The notes below the pieces were generated by a model. That model was not told the origin of the DNA. It made no database searches and saw only the letters and a program-made list of their open reading frames with translations. DNA of 64,000 nt from positions 248,001 to 312,000 of the forward strand of contig JAPEUD010000013.1 in NCBI GenBank assembly GCA_026026165.1, written 5' to 3'. The DNA comes from Sarea resinae (Eukaryota). Of the stretch, positions 1 through 12,807 are shown in pieces (within the stretch, counting starts at the first letter, position 1; the number at the start of each line of letters is the position of its first letter). Position numbers and translations under genes: made by a program.

Positions 1-94
1 ATCCGAGTTTTTAACGGCATTTGTACCAGTGGCGAAAGTAGCGTTGGTGTTTGGGAGTACTATAGAGATATCCTTTGATTATCCATTGTTGTCG

Positions 95-671
95 TTAACC
101 TGTTTTGACCTTGAGATCATCTTGAAATTCGCCACTGGCTGCTTGCTTGTCCCATTCCTTTTGATCCTTCAAAAACTGCGCTTTCAAGGTCAGATACGTC
201 TTGCAGCTGCGACATCTATTCCAATACTCGCGGAAAACTATTGATGACTCCAGCTTCTCCTTGGAATCATGATGTTCCGAGGTCTTTTCCAGTTCCTGAC
301 CGGTGGCTTTTGAGTACTTGCGCCCACCAGCATGATTGGCATACCGTTTCGCTCTGGTCATGCCCTACACGCGTCGAATATTTAGAGGTGAGCGATTACA
401 GCATTAAAGGGAGAATAATATATGAAGTCTAACATACCATCTGGATGAATTTCCTCGTCATGTCCATACCAACAAAGTCAGCCTGCTTTTCATATTCTTC
501 AAACTTTTGCCAGAGATCATTTGCACTCTTCTGTGCAATATCGACCGTGCGGAACCTCCACAGAGGGAGGAGGGCACTCTTGTAAGGCTCAAAGGTCAGA
601 ACACCTTGCTCCCCGCGCCCGATGCGGTAGCTCATGCGCGTGGCTCTATCTGTTGTGGTGGCCATGGCCAT
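95..671 (-). CDS. DUF4385-family protein (2 exons: 671-438, 364-95)
   Basis: Spliced product reads YRIGRGEQGVLTFEPYKS..LPLWRFRT..DFVGMDMTRKFIQMG|MTRAKRYANHAGGRKY, the recognisable DUF4385 signature; intron 437-365 GTATGT...TAG restores the frame. Confidence 0.85.
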
Positions 672-1024
672 TGTATGGCATCAAACGTGTATTGAACATG
701 CGAATTGACACAAATCTTCTAGAGTCATTTTCCAAATTGGTAAGACAATGGGTTCAAATAGTAGTCGGTGAGAATGTGAAAATGTATGGGTGACTTCGGT
801 CTTGAGGTAATAGAGGCATCAACACTCTCCGGTCGCTGCATTCGCCACTAGTGCTAAAAACAGAAACATTGGATCCTCGCTTCGCGCGTCAATGAGGCGG
901 ATAAAAAGCCTTCAAGACGACGACATTCCATCTTTGCGACCGTATGGTCATCGACGAATCACCACCACGAGGTCTCCCATCCTAAAAGAAGATACTATCA
1001 GAGGAACTTGCCCTCAGAGCCCAT

Positions 1025-3139
1025 ATGGCGCCCCGAGATTCGTCACAGGAGCCTGTAGGGACGCCTGATCCCGTTCACAAAGGTTTCGCCACTTTGGCCA
1101 CCTTACAGTATGTCTCTTTCTCTTTTCCAGCATATTTCCTGGATTCTTCCATATCGCTCAACCTCGAATCCGTTGCTAATTCTCTTCCAGGATCGGCGTG
1201 AAGGCGTTCGTTGAGAAAGTAAGTGGCTGCATGACTTGTTGCCATATTTCGCTTGTTGTTTGCACTGGCTTCCGTATTCATGTTGTCTGGCAACTTTTTG
1301 ATATTGACCTTAGATTGCAATTCTCTGGCGATTTTTACCTTTGGCGGTCTTTTTGCACCTGATCTAAATCCTAAGTCCTTACTGTGTGCTTGAATTTTTT
1401 TCCTTATAATTCGTCGCCGGGCAATATCCTAGTTCTATCTTCATGACGGCGTATCTGGTCTTGGCGCTGACCCCATTCTTCAGGATGGAGAGAAACGCAA
1501 AGCAGAAATTTTATCCATGCAACATCGAAAAGGACAGCCGTACTTCTAGTAAGAATTCCTTTTTATTCGAAACGTCTCCGTCTGGCGCTAATAAAACAAC
1601 AGTGTTCATTACGAGGAATTCAACAAGCGGCTAGACGGTCAGTATCTGCTCGAGATAATCTTATCACACCGTACTGACGAGAGCAGAGTGGGTTCCCGCG
1701 GATCGTCTGGACCTCTCAAAAGAAGTCGAATGGCCCGCCCCAGAAAAGCCCGAAAAGAAAAAAAGCGGTGCCATCAAGTCAAAAGCCCAGACCTCGAAAG
1801 CGGAATCTAAGGTTACTAAGAGCTTGAAACGGCCCCGGCAATCTTCAAGTCGTGATGTCTCGGCCACCCCCGAAGCGGCATCCGTCAACATCCCTGGGAA
1901 AGCACCTCGACCTTCTAAAGCAGGAGGAAAAGAAAACAATGAGTCTATCGCCGTCGTCCAGACAGAAGTAATCGATGGCACCCCCAAGCCTGAAGATGAA
2001 GAGATGGATCTCGTGGACGTTCAAGATGCCGCTGCTGCCGCGAAAGCAAGTGCACCTGAAGTATTTTCCCGCGAGGACGAAATCGAGAAACTTCGCACAT
2101 CAGGTTCCATGACACAGAATCAGACGGAAATCTCCCGCGTCCGAAATCTCAGTCGCGTCCAAATGGGCAAATTTGAAATCGAGCCGTGGTACTTCTCCCC
2201 TTACCCCATCGAATACACCGAAGAAGACATTATCTACGTCTGTGAATTTTGCCTCTCCTACTTCGGCGAGATGAAACCGTTCGAGCGCCACAGGTCGAAA
2301 TGCACCCTGCTGCATCCGCCAGGTAACGAGATATATCGCGACGATCATGTCAGCTTCTTCGAGATCGACGGTCGTCGCCAACGGACCTGGTGTCGCAATC
2401 TTTGTCTCCTCAGCAAACTCTTCCTCGACCACAAGACCCTCTATTATGATGTCGACCCCTTTCTCTTCTACTGCATGACCACCCGCGACGAACATGGCTG
2501 CCATCTCATCGGCTACTTTTCCAAGGAAAAAGAAAGCGCAGAGGGCTACAACGTCGCCTGCATTCTCACACTACCGCAATACCAGCGTAAGGGGCTCGGA
2601 AGACTGCTCATTGCTTTCTCGTACGAGCTGTCCAAGCGAGAGGGGAAACTAGGCAGCCCCGAGAAACCGCTTAGTGATCTGGGACTTTTGAGTTATCGCG
2701 CTTATTGGCAGGAGACTATAGTGGATGTGCTCATGGACGGAAGAGGCGACGTTACGGTTGAGGAGTTAGGCGCGCTGAGTGCGATGAGCACGAATGATGT
2801 ACTCCACACTCTGCAGAATCTCAATATGTTGCGATACTCTGTGAGTCTCTCAGTTATTCTCCTTGCGTTGCTGACTTAGCCCCTTACTGGGCCCTTCCTC
2901 TACCTTTCCCTAGCCCATCACCCACCTCGGCTGTTCTACTTGGAAAGTCGCAGATTACTGATCATATCAACGACAAACAGAAAGGCCAGCACGTCATCGT
3001 CCTCACGAATGCCATAATCGAGCAGAAAGAAAAACAGCGCGAGAAGGAGAAGCTGAGAGGGAAACGCCACATCGATCCCGAGAGGCTGCAATGGAAACCC
3101 CCTGTCTTTTCCGCATCGGCCAGGACGTGGAATTGGTGA
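1025..3139 (+). CDS. ESA1: MYST-family histone acetyltransferase, NuA4 catalytic subunit (6 exons)
   Basis: Tudor-knot [15 protein letters not shown] assembled from small exons (introns about 1108-1190, 1219-1483, 1549-1602, about 1638-1686); MYST domain [39 protein letters not shown]; last exon 2981-3139 ends [15 protein letters not shown]. Confidence 0.97.
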
Positions 3140-4027
3140 TTCCTCTTCTTGCCCCCCCTTCCCTTTCCGGTCCTTTGATTCTACGAGATGAAATGTCTTC
3201 TGGTGGAATGAATGTGTTATCTGGCGTATGGCAGATTTAGCGATGGCGTTTCTAGGGGTGTTTGTTTGGCCCATTTACTTCTTGTTTGTTTCGCGGCGCG
3301 GCGATGGCGTAATGGCGTGGGAGTAGACTGGTCGATGGAGGATTGTAGGTTGGCTGGCTGGCTGGGGTGATGAATTAGTGTATTTCTGTTTTTACCTCTA
3401 CCCTCATATCCATTTTGGGTAGGGGGAAGACAGGTTGGTGTAAGGATAGGGATCATTATCCTTTACTTTCGTGCCTCCTGCCGATGGGATCCAGGGTCCG
3501 TTGAATCTACCGTTAGTCGTAGGTACTATCATACGCACCAATCCTGCAAGGAATATGGTCACTGCTCTGTTTAGTGGTCGGCCTTGCGCTCTTGGGTCCG
3601 CAGTGGACAATTTTATTGGCATCCCATCTCATTTCCAAGGGTGAAATGGAACACAGAAAATGATAAACCCCATACCTGTGTTAATGATATGATATTTAAT
3701 TCCCGCTTTTCTCGAATGCCTAATAACAGCGCTATAGTGTACTACATGATACTACTCTACACCTCCCCAAGACACCTAGATCCAGTACCAAAAGGAAAAT
3801 GCCCTATGCCCCAATTCGTGAACTACCCGCGACATGCTCGAGACTCCGTCGAAGAAGAGAGCCAAGGAAAAGCCAAATCAGAAAGATGGAAGGTCGTGAT
3901 CTTTTATGCGTCCAGTAGATGGTATGGTATCAGAAATAAGGAGATGTACGCCAAAAGTGCGTGAGGAAAGGGATTGAGGGAATTGGGGATCTGTGTTCGA
4001 ATGTTTACGAGTGGGAGGGATAAGTGT

Positions 4028-5241
4028 CTAGGAAGGAGAGAAGGCGGCTGGTTGCGGAGTTGCCGTCGATGGAGAATTCGTCGGCGTCGTCGTAGTCGTC
4101 GTGGTTGTCGTCGTAGTGGCAGTAGCAGACCCAGGGCCATTCATGCGGACGTTGAACTCCTGATCGGCCTCATCGTCTCGCCCGGCCTCGCCAACGATGA
4201 ACTCTAGAACCTTGCTTACACGATCGTTCAGAATGCCTGCACGACCCAGCATTTCTGGCGGCTGTGGCAAAGGGAGACCCGCAGCTTGCAGTCCTGCAGC
4301 TCGAGCCCGCCATTCTTTCTCCTCTTTGGCTTTTAGCGCACGATCGACGCGCATGGGCACCGCTAGCGTCACCCGCACCAGATGAACGGTCAGGCGCAGA
4401 CGGCCGACAACGTCGAGGTAGCCGAGTCCCATCAGCCGTTTCTGTACGCGGTGGATACGACCGAGCTCGATGTAGACGAGCAGGGCGTAGGTGCGTGTCG
4501 TGAGCACCAATTCTCGAATCCGTACAAAACTCCGCTCGACCGTCAGCACAACCTCTGTGCTGACAAGGTGTGGGTAGCGTCTGTTGAGCGATTCTAGCCA
4601 CTGGCGCACGAGGGAGAAGTCGCCCGTCATGAATTCGTGTAGGACGGCCTCGACGGCGCCGCGGAAGGTTTGATCTCCCCCCAAGGTAAACGGTCGACTG
4701 GCGGGATGCTGTGGGGTGGATGAGAAAGAGGCCCGGGAGGATGCCCGATCATAGGTGCGGCGAGAAGACGTGGATCGGAGGACTTCGAAAGCGAAGCCGA
4801 GGCGTTGGAACGCGCTGGATATTCTGGTCAGCAATGAACCTGATAGCGCAAGGAGTATCTGAGTGGAGAGATTGCTCACCTCGTGGAGTCCGGGTGGAAA
4901 GGGGGTTTATCGGGATGGCATATCTTCGAACGTTCCAGGTAGCATCTTCGCAGCTCGACGGCACTGTACGAACGTGATGCGCCCAGAACATTGTATAACT
5001 GTGCAAGTGATTAGCCATTACGGTACAGGTAGTGAGATGGTCGTGTTCGATCAATCGCGGAGATAGGTACTCACATCTTCCTCGCGCAAAATGGCTGGAA
5101 ACCACGGAAGGTCAGCCCGCTTCTGGTGCGTCACATGCTGGCCAGAAGAAGCCAAAGTCTCAACTTACCATCGATCATAGACGCCTTTGCGCTTCTGGCA
5201 TGAGCAGTGGGTCGGACGCCATCGTCAGCAGCATTCGACAT
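4028..5241 (-). CDS. J-domain (DnaJ/Hsp40 class C) protein, 4 exons
   Basis: Spliced reading ..EED|LYNVLGASRSYSAVELRRCYLERSKICHPDKPPFHPDSTS|AFQRLGFAFEVLRSTSSRRTYD is a J domain with the HPD motif; canonical GTAAGT/GTGAGT/GTGAGC donors; C-terminus in ORF 4028-4879. Confidence 0.85.
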
Positions 5242-6089
5242 GTCCTCGAGGGCATTCTTGATGGGATTGTAGCGAGAGGAGCAATGGAAACGGAATTGAA
5301 ATCAGCAGAAGTCACGATGCGGTGAAGCAAGGAGACATGATTCGATCATGTGGAGTGGTGGAGAGGAAGACGATGGTGATACACGGAAAAGAAGAAGATT
5401 TATTTGATGGAGGTAGTGGTCCCATCCGCCCACCATTTGAGTATCTTTTGCCGTTGATTGATCCCTGCGAGACCGCTTTGGGGGGGGAGGGGGGTCCGTC
5501 AGTCGTGGCCGTCACAGGCAAGATACAGGTAGCAGAGGTAGCATGTGAAAGTGGAGGCCACCGACGATACTGCGTACTCCGCGTAGAGTACTGGGCGAAG
5601 GGTGAGGCGACAGTACCTGCGGTTGTATGCATCCTGATACGCAGATCAAGGTACACTTGGATCAGATGCAATGGAACTCATCAATCCAAGATGCATGTGG
5701 GATTCTGCCACCGCTTCTCGTTTCACACCCTGATTGGTCAATGCTCGTGATGCCAGCCAGTGAACACCTAAACGTCAGTCATGAGGTGGCTGTCCGAATG
5801 GATGAAGGGAGGAAGGATTGAGAGACGAGAATCGACGTTGCAGATGTCATCGATATCGAGCACACTACCTACTAGTACATAGTGAGCAGGGAGCCCCGAA
5901 TCTGAGTCTACCTCCGACGAGTCGCTCGAGTACTGGAAGAGAAGCCTAGAAGTACGCCGTAGATGTTCTGGTGGAGCCGGGGCCGTGTTTGGGTAACGTG
6001 GACATGAGTGGACCGATGGGGTCGAGGATGAATGATCTTTGAAGAGGGCCGTTACTCGAACCGACGGGAAGAGGTCTTCCAAGGCCACC

Positions 6090-9000
6090 ATGGACGGAGA
6101 TGCGCCGACAATGGCTCAGAACGGCAGCGACATGCAGCCGGCAGACTTGGCACAAACATCGGAAAATGGACATGAAGAGAAACACACCTCTCGTGCGACC
6201 TCTATCTCAGCTGCGTCTGCAGCAGGTGAGGAGGCGGCTGACGGCCCTGGCCCGTCTGCTCAAGATGTCTCAACAGAGTTGCCCCAGAGCCGCACGGCGG
6301 ATGAGGCTCACATAATGAACGACTCTGAAGAGGCAGATGAAGCTCCGAATTTCCCTCAGCTGTCTAACAATCCCCCAGACTCTCTGGGACTACCATCGCA
6401 GCACGGTGATGCCGAGAGCGAGGACGGTGAGCCAACGATGCCACGATCCATTGGCCGATCCCACAGCCCGACATCATCCTTTCCACGCAACCGAGCGGCA
6501 GTATACCAAAAGATTGGAGAAGAAGGAGTGGTCAAGATGCACAAGTTTTCTCTTTACGAGACATCCACACGATATTACGTCGTTGGCGGCGATCTAATGG
6601 ACAGCCACTTCCGGATATTGAAGATTGATCGCACGGTCGAAGAGGGCGATTTGAGCGTCAATGAGGATGATATAGTATACACAAAGAAGGAGATGAATCA
6701 GCTGCTTAGTACGATTGAAGATGGCAATAAAAGCTCGGGAGGACTAAAGCTCAAATGCAGCACCTGGGGTCTGCTGGGCTTTATTCGCTTCACCGGGCCT
6801 TATTATATGCTGTTGATCACCAAGAGAAGCCAGGTCGCCATGATTGGCGGGCATTACATCTATCAGATTGATGGAACTGAGCTCGTTCCCCTCACCATGG
6901 CATCGTCATCTAGATTTAAGCCCGAACAACATCCAGAAGAAGCTCGATTTCTAGGTATCTTGAACAACCTTGACCTATGCCGTTCATTTTATTTCAGTTA
7001 TTCCTACGATATCACCCACACGCTACAGCATAATATTGTACGGGAACGAAAAGCTCTGAATGACGGACTGGCTCATTCTGGCCATGATTTCAATGACATG
7101 TTTGTTTGGAATCACTATCTACTCGAGCCAGCTTCAGCGGCTTTGAAGAACACCTACGACTGGTGCTTGCCTATCATGCATGGATTCGTTGATCAAGCGG
7201 GTATGTTTAATGTCCATTAAACTGCCCTCATTAGTCCCAATATTCTCTAAACGTTGGCTTAGCCCTATCCGTCTATGGTCGAGCCATTTATATCACCATA
7301 ATCGCGCGCCGATCACGATTCTTTGCTGGAGCACGGTTCTTAAAACGTGGGGCGAACGATTTGGTACGCCCTTCCTTTATCACTATATACCGCTCTCTGA
7401 CATTAGTTGGTCCAGGGTTATGTAGCGAATGATGTCGAAACTGAGCAGATCGTGGCCGAAAAGCTGACCACGTCGTTCCATGGTCCCGGCCCTTCATTGT
7501 ACGCCAATCCGGACTACACGTCCTATGTGCAGCACCGCGGTAGTATCCCCTTGTACTGGACCCAGGATAACACCGGTGTTGCCCCCAAACCTGACATCAA
7601 GTGTAAGACCGAGCAGTCAATCCCTAATGTCAGTCCCTGCTGACTAGAGACAGTGGACTTGGTCGATCCCTTTTACGGAGCAGCAGCACTTCATTTCGAT
7701 AACCTGTTTGTACGGTACGGAGCTCCAATATACGTCTTGAACTTGGTCAAGGTAAATTTGGATTGCAATGCGAAGTTCGTCAATACAATAGCTGACAAGG
7801 TTAGGCTCGAGAGCGGACACCCCGTGAATCGAAGCTGCTCGAGGAATATACTCGAGCTGTTAGTTATCTTAATCAATTTCTGCCCGAGGATAAGAAGATC
7901 ATCTACAGGGCATGGGATATGAGCCGAGCGTCAAAAAGGCAAGATCCTGTTCATCTTCGAGGATGAGTCTTCACTAAACGTATCCAGTCGAGATGGTGAC
8001 GTTATCGGAACTCTAGAATCTATCGCTGAAGAGGTCATGAGGACCACAAGCTTTTTTCGAAATGGTGATGGCGTGAAGGATACACCAATGATGCAGAATG
8101 GCATTGTCAGAACCAACTGCATTGATTGCCTCGATCGAACGAATGCTGCTCAGTTCGTGATTGGCAAGCGGGCCTTAGGCTATCAGCTTCATGCATTAGG
8201 CGTCATTAGTGACACGAGCCTCGAGTATGACACGGATGCTGTAAATCTCTACACTCATATGTAAGTTCTCCAGGCTAAGAGAGGTGCCATTGGCTGAACT
8301 TTCAGGTACCATGATCATGGCGATACGATAGCGATACAGTATGGTGGATCACATTTAGTCAATACCATGGAAACCTACAGGAAGATTAATCACTGGTCCA
8401 GCCATTCGAGAGACATGGTCGAGAGCTTCAAGCGGTATTACAACAACTCTTTTCTCGACAGCCAACGTCAAGAAGCATATAATCTATTTTTAGGCAACTA
8501 CATTTTCTCTCAAGGACAGCCGATGCTTTGGGATCTTGCTACAGACTACTACCTTCATCATGCCGACCCCCGAGCCTGGTCTCAAAAGCGCCGCAGGAAT
8601 TACATCCATTGGTACACACCCGCATCCCTCGAAAAGAGGGAGATGCCACCCATGTTATGGCCCGAAGGCCCACTGGCATCAAAGCCTTTAGAATACTTTG
8701 ATGACTATTGGTCAGAATATTACCGTCCACTTGCGGTATCTTCGTTTCTGAAAGTCTTCTCATACAAAATCAACTCCACTCTTCGCTACATCCCATTCCG
8801 CTCCACACAGGACGGAAAGTACGACCTCAGTCCTTTCTGCGTGCGCTCAGGCCACGAGCCCGAGCTATCGGAGAAGAAAAAGGCCCGAAAAGGTGTTACC
8901 ATTACGACGCCATATGATGATGACGATACGAGCGTACAGACTAGTGAAGGGTCGACTCAGACAAGCTACTCGCGGGGCGACAGAAAGAGCCCGTCCTTGC

Positions 9001-9602
9001 AGCGCTGGCTACAACAACGCCCCGTTAGCAATGTAAATGGACAACAAAGCATTCTCAAAGAGGCTCAGCCTCCACTTTCTACATCAGCTCCTTTACTGGG
9101 CGCTGTCCCAACCACAAATTCGGCTTCGCTGGCATCCCTCCAATCTCTCCATCCAGGTACTAAAGCTAAAGATGCAACCAAAGCGCTGAATACTCAACAA
9201 ACTCTGTCACATCTTCTCCTCACCTCTCTCAACCCTTCTGTCACCGCCTCGGAAGCTCTAGAGTATGATCGCTATATCCGACACCCACAGCACCTTCCTC
9301 TCGTCGTCTCCACCGAACTGCCTTCAGATACAAACTTGGACTTTCTCGACTACATGAACCGCGGTTCTGTTCCCCAAGATGCTCTTTCTACGACCAGCAA
9401 TTTCACACCAGGGCGCGGGGATCCTGACGGTAGATATGGAGATGAGTACGATGGAGCAATTGCGGAGTTCGGAGAATTCTTGGCTGTAAAGGAGGATCCA
9501 CTGACAGTTATGGAAGATGATATGAGTAAGAAGAGGTACAAAGCTTATCGGCAGTGGTTACGAGGGAAATCATTGTTCAAGCAGCAGAGGGTCGATGCTT
9601 AG
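6090..9602 (+). CDS. FIG4: Sac-domain PI(3,5)P2 5-phosphatase (7 exons)
   Basis: [70 protein letters not shown], catalytic [12 protein letters not shown] (CX5RT), [16 protein letters not shown]. Confidence 0.96.
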
Positions 9603-10294
9603 TCTCAGAAGGTGGGACAGGCGTCTTTCATACGCTCGATATAATTATTGCTTTGGCGTCGCATAATTCCAACTTCTGCGTTGGCGTTTGTAGAGTCATA
9701 CGGACGAGACTGGATGAAAAGGGTAATTGAGCCAAGGGAGTGTTAGGAGATGACAGGATGTTGGCTTCTCGACAGCGACTCGACGAATCTAATGATCGTT
9801 GGCATCAAATGTTCAGATACTAATGACCGTTACTCCTCGCTCCTAACCTTAAACCAGGGCAACTATCATCTCCGGGCCTCAGATTATCTTCGAAGGGTAC
9901 CTAGGATGGCCAACACCTTAGCTTTATAGATCGTCTTCAATGCATTATTGGTCTTGTTGAGCAATATGCTATGTCCGACATGCTGTCCTTGTCTCACTCT
10001 GCAGAGTCTATCAGTCTCCCTTGCTGTCAACAATGGAGCCGGAATCGCGAAACAACCCCCAATATGCTTTGCGACTTCCGAAAGAGGAAATATTTTGGAC
10101 CTTTCTTGAGCCCATTGAGATGTTCTTTCCTTATCAGACTGCTGACAAGCTTGCACAACCAAGCGTTGACATCATATGCCGTGCACGTCTTTTTCCTCAA
10201 GCAGTCGACTCTGCTTTATCCGATGGCTTTGTTTGCATCTTTCTGTCCCACCGGTTGAGGACTCTTTTGGACGCCCCTAATACATTTCACTGCT

Positions 10295-12359
10295 ATGGTT
10301 GCCGTCCCCCGTCATGACCCCGAGGTCTTACCACCAGACATCGTCTCGAGTGTTGGAATTATCAATCGTGGACTCGACTCGCATATGAGCCAGAGTCATG
10401 TTTATACTTCAAGGCAGCAACTTATCATTCGGACACTTGCTGTAGTATTCGCTGCAGTGAGTGTGCTGGCGGCGTTTATCACTTTTTACTGGTTTGTGAA
10501 GATGAAAAGAAGCTTCAGACATCAGTACGTGGTCACTATGGCCTTCTTGCAAAAGTGCCATCTCGAGCTGTTTAGATTGATTTAAGTAGCTGCTAATTCC
10601 TTCAGTCTTGTCATAATCCTGATACAGAGCGATATGATCAAAAGTCTTTGTTATCTGGCTTATCCCGTGGTTGCGTTTGCCAACGGTCCAGTGGGCACTC
10701 AAACTTGGTTCTGCCAGTCCATTGGATTTTTTCTCGCCTTGAGTACTGAGGCCACTGGTCTGTCAATTTCGAATACGATTCATAGAGCCGGAGCTGAACA
10801 TCACTAGACTTTGGGATCCTGATCCTTGCCATTCATGCGTGCCTCTATATCTTCATGCCTGGCATTGATAGCTCACGCCAGCAAGGTATCTACGACTATC
10901 GCCACTTTGTATACTGCCTTTGGATCGTATTTCCGATATTGATGGCTTCTCTTGCCTTCCTTAACCACCCCTACGGATATGCAACGACTGGAGCCTTCTG
11001 CATGCTCCCTGCTCGGCCCTTTTGGTATCGTCTTGCGTTAAGTTGGATACCTAGATATGTAATTTTCCTTGTCATTCTGGGTATCTACCTGGCGATCAAC
11101 ATATATGTCAGAATCAAATTCCGTGATTACGGCGCGGCATCTTCGGGCTTGTCTACTGATGAGAGAAGCATAGTTGGATTGGAACAGTCGGACATTGAGA
11201 TGGAGTCGGTATATTCTGGTGTGCTGCGCGAACCTCCTCCAATGCCCGAGCTCGATCTTCATGGCCTCATTCCCTCCACAGATGAAATCGATCATTCTAC
11301 GGCCTTAGACTATCCACCGAATTTGGTTTATCCGGCAAGAACGACTTCTATAGGTTTTTCGGGGTTGAGTAGAGATAACACACCGGCGGCGCCTTTTGGT
11401 ATGCACAACAGTGCAACTTTAATTTGAGCTAGAATGCTGACTGACAGTTCAATCCAGATACTAGTGAATGCCTTCAGGCTTCTTCAGAAGCACATTTACG
11501 AGCGCCAGGAATAACCTCTGAGGGTTACGAAGTTGAGCCTACGAACCCTCTTGACTATGGCAGTGTAATCCACATATTACAAGCACTCAGGGAACAACCC
11601 CTGACACCTCCGGTCCCAGTAAGCCGTCCAGCTTGGCCGACTGCTAGGACTTCATCCACAAAGACTCCAAGAGCATCCAAAGAGCTTGGCTCGAACCAAC
11701 TGGCCAAATCCCATCAACGCATCCAACGTCGCCTGCGCTACCTCTTCGTCTATCCGCTTCTCTATATCCTCACATGGCTCATCCCGTTCGTCTCTCATTG
11801 CCTGCAGTACATGGACCACTACATCGAACACCCCCCTTTCGTACTGATTTGCTTGTCTACCATCAGCATGGTTTCACAATGTAGCATGGACTGCCTTGTC
11901 TTCAGCGCTCGTGAAAAGGTCTGTTTTCCCCCGTGCACAGTCCGCCTGCCCATAGCTTTTCCTGCTTGACCGCTCTGGATTCTGACTTTTTTCTATACGG
12001 TCAAGCCTTGGCGTTACATACCCGGCTCTCAGGGTACCTTCCTCGATTCCTTCTGCTTCTGGACCCACGACAGTTCGGCCCGCACAGCAGGCTGGTGGTG
12101 GCGCCACTCTCACGACGCCCAGACCCAGACTCGCCGAGCGGGCGCGCAGATGGCCTTTAAGCGGCTGGAGAACGAGCAGCGGGAACTGGTGCGCCAGCGC
12201 CGGATGACTTTTGGTAGTAGTGGCGGCGGCGGTGGTGATGTCGGGAATCGTGCTGGCAATGAGAAACCGAGAGAATGGTGGGATACGTATGGTAGGGCTG
12301 ACACGTTCCAGACGCAGGGCTCGCACAGACGGGGTAGTTCGTTGGCGCATTTGATGTGA
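10295..12359 (+). CDS. Git3/GPR1-type carbon-sensing G-protein-coupled receptor (5 exons)
   Basis: Hydrophobic segments with Git3 motifs KMKRSFRH.L..LIQSDM.KS, GAFCMLPARPFWYRLALSWIPRY; Git3_C RIQRRLRYLFVYPLLY, DCLVFSAREKPWR; introns about 10525-10605, 10759-10808, 11399-11457, 11919-12005. Confidence 0.9.
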
Positions 12360-12807
12360 TTCCCTTCTTAATCAATATCGGAGCATGGAATTCAAAAGGA
12401 GAGTTAGCAAGTACCGATATCATTCTTGAACGCACGAGCGGGATGAGGAGAATTGGCTCTTTAGCCATGCACCGAGGGTGATCCCTTTGGTGTTAGCGGG
12501 GTCCTCGGGTGTATCAAATAGCTGTTACAGAGTATAGAAATAAGGCCGTTGGAGAAGACCGCCATGGCCATCTTCCATGAAAGAGCGCTGTGGAGGATTT
12601 TGATTGGATGCAGACATAATGGTTCTAGAGTACATGCATGCAACGCCTGAGAATGTTGCTCAAAGGCTGAAATGCCGAAACGCCATGAGTATCAGCTAAA
12701 TAAATTGGACGCCGCCCTCGAAACGAGATAAGGACTAGCAAGGCAGTTCTTCCTTTCTGTGGCTGCCTCCCACTTCTTCTTGCACTTGACTAACCCTCAA
12801 TCCAAAG

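Noticed and set aside
5300..6090. ORFs of 60-142 aa between the J-domain gene and FIG4
   Set aside because: Overlapping frames on both strands with no family features; most likely promoter and UTR sequence
11335..11457. A fourth GC donor (CCG|GCAAGA) in the GPCR gene
   Set aside because: It gives the wrong phase and a stop; the canonical GTATGC donor at 11399 restores the frame
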